A stretch of DNA of 64,000 bases from Paraspadella gotoi (taxonomy: Eukaryota; Animalia; Chaetognatha), in NCBI GenBank assembly GCA_051294375.1, contig CM119268.1:5645559-5709558 (forward strand). Reading direction: 5' to 3'. Positions 55,188 through 64,000 of this stretch are shown here, piece after piece (within the stretch, counting starts at the first letter, position 1; each line of letters starts with the position of its first letter). Made by a program: the position numbers and the translations under genes. Below the pieces are notes generated by a model. The model was given only the letters and a program-made list of their open reading frames with translations. It ran no database searches and was not told the origin of the DNA.

Positions 55188-56267
55188 TTCTCTTTTTTTT
55201 TCTTCTAAAACTTTATTATCGCATTTATTCCCCGCTTTTCTTCACAATACATATAATAAAAATTCTGATTATTCTTTATAAAAACGAGAGAGACCTTAAA
55301 TGCGTTTCGTTGGCGGGAAAACTGTCCAGCCTCTCTCTCTCCTCTCTCTCTCTCTCTTCCTCTCTCTCTCTCTCTCTTCTCTCTCTTCTCTCTCTCTCTT
55401 CTCTCTTTCACTCATACACGCATTTGTTTGTTTTATATTCGAAGGAATGATTCATCGCGTCAATGAATTACTATCATCGCATCAATGAATGACTATCATC
55501 GTATCAATGAATGATTATCATCATATCAATAAATGACTATCATAGCATCAATCATTTGATTATCATCACATCAGTCATTTTGTTATCATCGCATCAATTA
55601 TTGGTTATCATCGCTAGTCATATTGTGGTATTTTGATGCATATCCGCTTAATTCCAAATTTTGGTTACTATCGAAAGCGGCTCGATCCTTATGCTTTAAG
55701 ATTTTTCTTTCCTTTCTTTTCTTATTCTTTTCCTTATCAACTCTTTATTTCCCCTCAGTCTTATCTCTTTTTTTTCTCTTTTTTTCCCCTTTGTTTCTTG
55801 TTATTTACATATATGATATATCAACTTTCCTCCCGAATCTCTCTCTCCCTTTCTTATTTTCTTCGCCTTTACTTTCTCCATCTTCCCTTCTTTTTTTTTT
55901 CCTTTCTTTACTCTTCCCTTAATCTCTTTCCAACCTTCATATTTGTTCCTTCCTGTCCTCCCGTGACTTTCCCTTCTCTTTCCTCTTTTTTTCTTTCCTT
56001 TCCTTCTTTCTCTTTCTTAATCTTCTTTACTCCTTCTCTTCTTCTCCCTTCTGCTGCTCCATTCTCCCTTCCTCCAGTCTTTTCTTCTCTCTTTCTTCTT
56101 CCTCCTTTTTCTTCCTTTCATCCCTATCCCATTTTTTACTCCTCTTTTCTCCCTACCTTTCCTTTCCTCCTCTGCTTTCTCTCTTTGAGAGTCATCTTTT
56201 TCTTCTCCCTCTTTTGAATGCAAAATGAGAAAAGATGACGGAGTTTTGATGGCGACGTCAGTGATGT

Positions 56268-56326
<59 letters not shown>

Positions 56327-57001
56327 CACGGGGCTCCCAGTTTATTATTTTCCCCTTCACGATTTTTACGCTTAAACTTTCTTCCGACGACGATTTCCTA
56401 TCAGCGTCTTTCTTTTATTCGTTCTTTTAATCTTACTTGCTGTCTTTCTTTCACTATTTCTTGTCTTTCTTTTTTTTTCCTTTTAGTCTGTCTTTTTTTT
56501 TTTTAAATTTATTCTTTTTCTTTTTTCGGTCTGTCTTTCTCTATCTTATAGTATTTTTTTTCTTTCTTTTCTTCTTTCTTTACTCTTTCTTTCTTTCTTA
56601 ATTTCCTTTTTTATTTAATAATTTAATAATTTTTTTTTATTTTTTTTTTATTTTCTATTTTTCATCTTCTTTCTTTATTTCATTCCCTTTTGTTTCTTTA
56701 CTTATTTTCTTTATAATAATCGCAGTTTTCTTCCTCTTTCAAAGGGGGGGTGACGGTTAAAACGATTAACTTTTAACGGGCGTTTGTGTTATCTCTTGTA
56801 AAACATTACCTTCTCAGTCAAGGTCAGTCACACTCGTTGAATTTCTATGGACAGATTTCGCATTAACTTCTGAATATCGTTTTTTTTTTTGTTTTTCTCG
56901 TTCTACTACTCTAATAGATGCAAATTAGATTTCGCTTTTTGAGTGGGCTTTATCACTACGTTCTCTTTCTCTGTCTCTCTTTCATTCTCTTTCTCTTTTC
57001 T

Positions 57002-57049
<48 letters not shown>

Positions 57050-57458
57050 TCTCTCATCTCTCTCTATCTCTCTCTTCTCTCTCTCAGTCTCTTTCTCTAC
57101 CCATCCTTTCTCCTCTCCTTTTATCGTTTAGATCTTGTACTGTATAGACAAGAAACAAAAAAAAATAATGAAACTAAAAAAAAATGAGACTAAAGAAAAA
57201 ACGAATAAAAAACCAAAAAAAAAAAAAAACAAAGAAAGAAAGAAAGAAGGTGAGTGAACGCCATTGAAAGATATCATTCAAAATCTCATTCATAAACTTA
57301 ATTTCAAAAACTTATATTACAAGGTTTTTAAAAATCACAAAAGCTTTTATAAAGCAAGGAAAAACAAAGACTTTAAACTCGATATTAACTTCTGATTTTT
57401 AAAATTTTTTTCCCATCGAAAGAAAGGAGAAGGAGAGAGAGAGAGAGGGAGAGAGAGG

Positions 57459-57500
<42 letters not shown>

Positions 57501-58132
57501 ATGTAACTTGTCTTTTGAACCTTGCCTGGAATTCATTCAAAAATTTCTCTAGCGACATTCGTCACGCTGATCGAGATTCCATCACGATTCCATCTCTTGA
57601 GATTCCGTTTGGGTCAAAGCCAAGATTAGGCCCTTTTTCTGGTTAACAAGTCTTTGGTTGTCTCTTCACCAGTCGAGGCTATTCATTCGCGCCCCCACCG
57701 ACCGATTTGGCCTTTTTTTCAACAAGTGTGAACTGTGAATTGTGAACTGTGAATTGTGAATTGTGAATTGTCAATTGTGAATTGTCAATTGTGAGCTGTG
57801 AACTGTGAATTGTGAACTGTAAGCTGTTAACTGCCAGGCGCAAGCCCTTATTGAATTTTCAACGGAATCCTTACGTGCAGCCTTAAATTATCTGGCATTA
57901 AAATTAATTAGTTTAGTTAAATATAAAAAAATATTAATATTTTCGATTAAAAAGAAATAAATGAATAATTTTTGTTTTTAAAAACGGAAACAAATTTTTT
58001 TTGCGAAAAACGAGAAATGATTTCCGCGACTTTAATTGATGACCATATGGTGCCATTGGGTGCTCCATTGCACCATAGAGGATTGGCTTTCAGCGGGACA
58101 GAACAGATTAATAAAAAAAAGGCGATATGATT

Positions 58133-58226
<94 letters not shown>

Positions 58227-59420
58227 CTTTGAATTTCTACATAATTTTTTTTATAGTGAAGACGTCAAAATACATTTTCGATATTTACTTTTGTGATTTG
58301 TTGTCTTCAATGGTAGCTTGTGAATGATATTCAGTAAGTTAATGTTGCGTATTATTATATTTATATTTTCTTTTGTAGTGGAGATCCTGATTATTATTAT
58401 TAGTAAGAAAGAAAATAAAATCGCCTGTCGAATACTTTAAAAAATTAAATGCCTGCGAAGAAATTGTTTTTCTCCCTCTGTTCAAACGCCGGTCGCAAAA
58501 CGTTACCTTATTTGGAAGTATTTTTATTTTTTAGATTTGTTTACTTTACAAATGTAAACCAAATTTTCTCTCTCTCGCCGTATAAAAATGAATGCCACTT
58601 TGTACAATTAGCCAATTCGATTCCATTCGCTTTTCTGATTTCAATAAATCGATTCATCTCAATATGTTCGCCAATTTTATCTCGACCACTTCCACTTTGT
58701 CTTCCGATGGATAAATTTAATACTTCAGTTTTTAGTTTGTGTTCCTTGTCCCTTCTTCTTTGTGAAGATAGAAGATAAAAAAGTCAAGAGAACAAAGAAA
58801 ATAACTGAAAAAGTGAGGTTATGATTGCTGTCGTGAATGAGTAAACGTGATGATATTATTTGTTAGTCATTATCACAGAAAAAGAAAAATATAGGAAAAC
58901 GACATGACTTTTTTCAATTACGAATTAAAAAGAAAATCTTAAAAGATATGCATACCTCTATTATATATATATAAATATATACCATCTATATCTATATAGT
59001 GATCTCGCCAGACTTTACTATCAAAGAAAATTAATGAAAAAATCCGACGACGACGATGATGATGATGATGATGATGATAATGATGCGACGACGAATTATT
59101 GAGGAAATAGTAATTTATTGATGTAATAATAATTGATTGATGTAATAATAATTGATTGATGTAATATTAATTGATTATTGATGCGATGATAACCAAAGAT
59201 TAATGCGATGATAACCAAATGTTTTTTCCCTTTGTCTTTTTTCTGTTTCTTCCTTTGTTTCTTTAAATGTTTCTTAATGTGTTTCTTTCGCACTTTTTTC
59301 CTTTGTTTCCTTCATTTCTTTTTCTTTTTTTTTTGTTTATTTTTCTTTTTTCCTTATGCTTCTTTTTGTGTTTGTTCCTCAGTTTCTATCTCTGTTTTTC
59401 CTTTGTTTCTATCTCTGTTT
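53832..59420 (+). repeat. Block B, copy 2
   Basis: Collinear with 41866-47600, then continues into different sequence up to the gap at 59646. Confidence 0.9.
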
Positions 59421-59645
59421 TTTCCTTTTTTATTTCTTTGTTTCTTCCTTTGTTTCTTTATATGTTTCTTCCTTTGTTTCTTTCTCTGTTTTTTCAGTCA
59501 TTCCATCTAAAAAGAAATTCAGTTTTTAAAAACGATTGAAAAATATATAAAGTTCAAAACAATGAATCATTGAACTTCTTTAGTCGAAAACGAGGCCGTT
59601 AAAAACAGACGAGGTTTTCTCCCATCTTGACTTTTAAGAGAGAGA

Positions 59646-60306
59646 NNNNNNNNNNNNNNNNNNNNNNNNNNNNNNNNNNNNNNNNNNNNNNNNNNNNNNN
59701 NNNNNNNNNNNNNNNNNNNNNNNNNNNNNNNNNNNNNNNNNNNNNNNNNNNNNNNNGAGAGAAGAAAAAAAGAGAGAAAAAAATTGTTAGCAGTACTTTA
59801 TGAGAGTTTTTTCCCCAATTGTAAATAGTACGTAGTTGCTTCATTTAGGTTGAGGTTGTGAATAGCATAATTCACCTTACCTGAAAAAAAGTGAATAATT
59901 CTCGCCAAATTGAAACTCAGACCGTCTGGAAGAAAATTGACCAAATTGTACTACACTAGCTTTGGATTAATATTGTACCCCTTCCTCCCCATCTCCGCTC
60001 CCCACTTTTCCTGCAACAATTCTCACTTTAGTCCCACATTTTCTCTCTCTCTCTCTCTCCCCCTTTTTTTCACTCTCTCTTTACCCCTNNNNNNNNNNNN
60101 NNNNNNNNNNNNNNNNNNNNNNNNNNNNNNNNNNNNNNNNNNNNNNNNNNNNNNNNNNNNNNNNNNNNNNNNNNNNNNNNNNNNNNNNNNNNNNNNNNNN
60201 NNNNNNNNNNNNNNNNNNNNNNNNNNNNNNNNNNNNNNNNNNNNNNNNNNNNNNNNNNNNNNNNNNNNNNNNNNNNNNNNNNNNNNNNNNNNNNNNNNNN
60301 NNNNNN
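59646..60306. other. Scaffold gaps (111 N at 59646-59756; 218 N at 60089-60306) around a 332-bp contig
   Basis: N runs counted directly. Confidence 0.97.
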
Positions 60307-61659
60307 CATCTTACCCTTCCCTTCCCTCTCTCTCTAACACTCTCCTTCTCCCCGCGCCCCCGCCCCCTCCCTCTTTCCACCTCCGCTCATTCTCTCCTCC
60401 CTCTCCCTCCTCCCTCTCCTCCATCCCCTCCATCCGATTCTCGACCTTTTCTTCTCTTCCTCTCTTCTCCTTCTCGCTCGGTGCATCCTCTCGCTCCCTC
60501 TCCGTTCTCTTACTCTCTCTCTATCTCTCTCTCTCTCTTCAGGTCAGCTCCTCTCTCTCTTCTCTCTCTCTCTCTCCGTCCGTTCGGTTTCGCGCCTTCT
60601 TTATCGAAACGAGGGGGAGGTTTTCCAGCGTCGCTGTTCGCGTCTCTCTCGTCCGATTGAGGGGGATTAGGCCGATTGGGGGGGGTGGGGAGTGGGATGG
60701 ATGGGGATGGTGTCGGTTGATGGGGGGGTTGGGAGGAAGGTGGAGAATGGAAATTGTCTGAGTGGGACAGAAGGTGGAGAATTGAAATCCTTGGAGTGGA
60801 CAGTAGCGTTCCCCACACAAGTATTACGCCGCTCAAAAAGACTCGGTTAAAACTTGTTTTACAAGGTCAGTAAGTACTATGCTCTATAACAGCTTATTAT
60901 TTTTCCACTACCGAAAGACCCCGCTACAATTTTTGATTTTCAAAAGATATTAAATAAATTTAAAAAAATATTTTCTCTTTTTTTTTCTTGACAAGCCAAT
61001 AAGGGGGAAAACCCGCAACAGCCCAATACATCCGCCGTGTAACATGAAAAATTTGGCCCGCGTTATATCACCTACTCCAACCGGCGTATAGTAGGAGTAT
61101 GCGGTTAACTGGGGTTGCTCGAGTCCTGGGATAGACGCGCGATGGGCATATTGTGGATACTATGCCGTAGGAGGGCTGTTGATAAATCAATTTATTAATT
61201 AATTTATTGACGGGGTAACGTTGAAACCCAGAGTCTTAAAATGTAGTATCGAAGTCCGTGGGCCGATTGTGGAGTTTAGAACTATGTGGAATCCACTATC
61301 CACATTGTGGATTGTGGATGCTCGAGTCGTTGTAGTCATTGAAGGTTTAGACCAACTAATTACAGGAGTCTCATTTCGCAATCTGCAATCCACGCAGTCT
61401 TGCGTCATTTTCTGATCCTTTTTTTTGCATCTGAATTACGTTTGTCCGTTTGAGTGAGAAGCCGTGAACAAAGCTTGGATCCCCCATAGGGTTTTTGAGA
61501 AGTGTTATCTATCACGTCAGGGCGGTTTATGTGTGGAAGTGTGAAAAGAGTCCGAGAATGGATTGCGAAAGGGCAAGGTTGTTCCCTCAGAAATGTTTAG
61601 AATTACATGAGTTGTCCGAGGTGCTACTTCCATGAAGAATATTTCTTTCGTTTTCTCCG

Positions 61660-61770
61660 AAATTCTATAAAATACTATGAAATGCTCTAATGTGCTTTAA
61701 AATGCCATAAAATACCCTAAAATGCTCTAAAATGCTTTTAAAGGGGTTGAAATGCTCTAAAATGCTTCAA
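61660..61770 (+). repeat. 10-bp minisatellite (AAATGCTCTA)n, degenerate
   Basis: aaatgctcta, aaatgccata, aaatacccta and aaatgctttt occur in 10-nt register. Confidence 0.85.
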
Positions 61771-61917
61771 TAACACTTTCTTTTCTCGATTTGCGAGCCA
61801 AATGACTCCACTCAGTTGTAATGAACCACCAGGGTGTGTAAGCGATCATGAGTAAAAGAGAGAGAGAGAGAGAGAGAGAGGAAGAGAGAGGAGAGATATG
61901 TCGATGAGAGAGCAGAC

Positions 61918-61948
<31 letters not shown>

Positions 61949-62524
61949 CAAACCCCTGCGGTTTTCAATCGTCTACTCGTTCCTCATGTCACAGTTAAGC
62001 CCGGTTCTCTCCCATTCACTTGTTACTAATAGGGATTTAACCCTTTTCCTTCCTTTCCTCAGTTTTGTTACTTTCCTTTCTCTTCCTTTTCCTCTACTTT
62101 CCTTTTTCTTTCACTGTTTCTTTCCTTTCTTCGCTTTAAACTTCTTAATTTCCTTTCCCTCGGTTTTCTCCTCTTTTTCTTCCTTTTTTCTTCTTTTCTT
62201 TTCTTACCTTCTTTCTTAATCTTTTCTTTCTTTTTCCATTTCTTTCTCCATCTTTTTTTTTCTTCCTTCCTTTCTTTCCTCATTTTATTTTTTATCTTCT
62301 TTCTTAATCTTTACTTTCCTCTTCGTTGCTTTGCTCCTCCTTTTCTTTCCTCTTCTTTTTCCTTTTCATTTGTTTTCTTCTTTCTACCATCTTTTCCTCC
62401 CTTTTTTGACTTATTTCCTCCTTCCTCCATCCAATCTTTTTACTTATATCTTTTTTTTTCCTCCTCAACTTAAGACTTAGCCTTTCTTTTCATTGTTTTT
62501 TTTTCACTTTTTCTCCTTTTTCCC

Positions 62525-62702
62525 CATTTTCCTCTTCATCCTCTTTCCTTTTCCTCTTCCTCTCTTTCCTCCTTTTTCTTTTTTCTACACTTTTCCTCCT
62601 TTTTCCTTCATTTTCCTCTTCATCCTCTTTCCTTTTCCTCTTCCTCTCTTTCTTCCCTTTCCTTTTTTCTACACTTTTCCTCCTTTTTCCTTCATTTCCT
62701 CT
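62525..62702 (+). repeat. 84-bp tandem duplication within a polypyrimidine tract
   Basis: 'cattttcctcttcatcctctttcc...ctacacttttcctcctttttcctt' begins at 62525 and again at 62609. Confidence 0.85.
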
Positions 62703-63007
62703 AAATCTCTTTCCCTTTTCCTCTTCCTCTTCTTTCCTCCGAATTCCATCTCACCAATTTTTCGCCTCATCCAATTTATCTTCTTCCCTTTTGTCCATTT
62801 TTTCTATTTTCCTCTATCCTCCCATTTTTTTCCCGCGGAATCGTTTTGCTGAAAGGAGTCATAACTTTTCTTATTTTGATAAAAAATAAAAAATAAAAAT
62901 TCTCGTTTTGGCGAATTTTCTTTTATTTAACGCAAAGTGGAATGTGAATGCTCGTAACAAATTGTGAGTGCTTTGATTTAAATCATCTGTCTCTCTATCT
63001 GTTTCTT

Positions 63008-63082
<75 letters not shown>

Positions 63083-63314
63083 ACCTTTTCCTCATTTCTC
63101 CACAAAATCTCACGCATCATAAACTTTCTAAAGTCTTCGCCAATCTTCGCTCATTTTCTCTTTTTTTTTCTTTTTTCTTTTTTTTCCCTCTTTTTCTTTT
63201 TTCTTTTTCTTTTTCCTTTAATTTAAATTTAGTAAGTTTCTGATGAAAGCGTCTCGTTTCAAAGGCGACCAGCGAAAATTCATTTTTCTCTTATTTCCCC
63301 TCCATAAAAAAATT

Positions 63315-63573
63315 TCGGCTCTCTTTTCATAGAGCGCTCCATTTCTGTTATTTTACCTTTCAATTAAATTTTAACCATTAATATTTAACCTAATTTTATT
63401 ATTTAGCTTATAACACAATCCCAAACCTTAATCTCAAACCCTCACTAAATCCTGAACCCTAACCCTAACTACTAACCTGAGTCATTAACATAATCCCTAT
63501 CCCTAATCACTAACCCAATCATCGACCTAATTCCGAATTTAAAAAGAAATAGGGCGTTCTGAGAAAATAAGGC
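63315..63573. mobile_element. Degenerate MITE-like element with a (CCCTAA)-like core
   Basis: GCTCTCTTTTCATAGAGCGCTCCATTTC and GAAATAGGGCGTTCTGAGAAAATAAGGC are imperfect inverted repeats (20/28 by eye). They flank 'aaccctaaccctaac...atccctatccctaat...taaccc'. Confidence 0.45.
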
Positions 63574-64000
63574 TTTTTTTTCTATTTGAGCGGTCGGTAA
63601 TTTTTTAAAATTCTTTTCATGATTTTTAAAATACGTAGTCATTTAAACTGTTTTCTCTTCATCAGTAAAATCTTTTTTAGTACTGAAGTATTTCAGATTA
63701 TTCGGTAAAGAATTAATAATTTTAGTACAATTAACAATTAAAAAATGAAAACATTTCGTTAATTAAGTTGAAATATATTAACTGTTTTTATTGTTCTTTA
63801 AAGATTTTCGTTGGCCATTCCCTCTCTCTTTCTCTCTCTCTCTCTATTCTCTCTCTTCTGCTCTCTCTCTCATTGTCTCTCTCTTTCTCTCTCTTTGTCC
63901 GCCTGGATTTCGACCGCGGAAAACATAATGGCGTCTTCGGCCAAAAAAAAGGAGATAGAGAGAGAGAGAGAGAAAACTGCATTTTTTGTGTATAAGAAAA

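Noticed and set aside
61150-61320. Bacterial oriC (DnaA-box-like TGTGGAT motifs)
   Set aside because: No perfect TTATCCACA box, no bacterial genes, and the flanks are eukaryotic microsatellites.
63238-63285. Hammerhead ribozyme (CTGATGA...GAAA); also CTGATGAGGCC at about 636
   Set aside because: No proper stem II closing pair or stems I/III; the second site lacks a downstream GAAA.
63410-63540. True telomere
   Set aside because: Only about two perfect CCCTAA units, internal, and flanked by inverted repeats.

Overview
AT-rich, microsatellite-dense eukaryotic DNA, probably an invertebrate nuclear genome (inference only). I found no recognisable protein-coding gene, rRNA, intact tRNA or CRISPR array; nearly all listed ORFs are translated (GA)n, (GTC)n, (GAAC)n, (TTTC)n or (ATT)n tracts. 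The window is highly redundant. An arm A of at least 6.5 kb and its inverted copy A' enclose a 5 kb spacer S (1-18.5 kb), and the A-S-A' block recurs at 23.2-41.0 kb. Extra partial or noisy arm copies and a duplicated 5.5 kb block B follow. Only about 19.2-20.8 kb and 59.6-64 kb are single-copy. Four gaps of exactly 25 N, insertion-rich copies and one identical 680-bp re-copied junction suggest that most of the direct duplication comes from long-read gap filling; about 30 kb is non-redundant. The best biological candidates are: the large spaced inverted repeat with a Helentron/HINE-like (GAC)n-plus-hairpin motif near its outer ends; a tRNA-derived SINE-like element; two MITE-like elements with telomere-like cores; an Asp-rich higher-order repeat; short exon-like islands; and a recursive-splice-site-like motif. 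All alignments were made by eye and boundaries are approximate.
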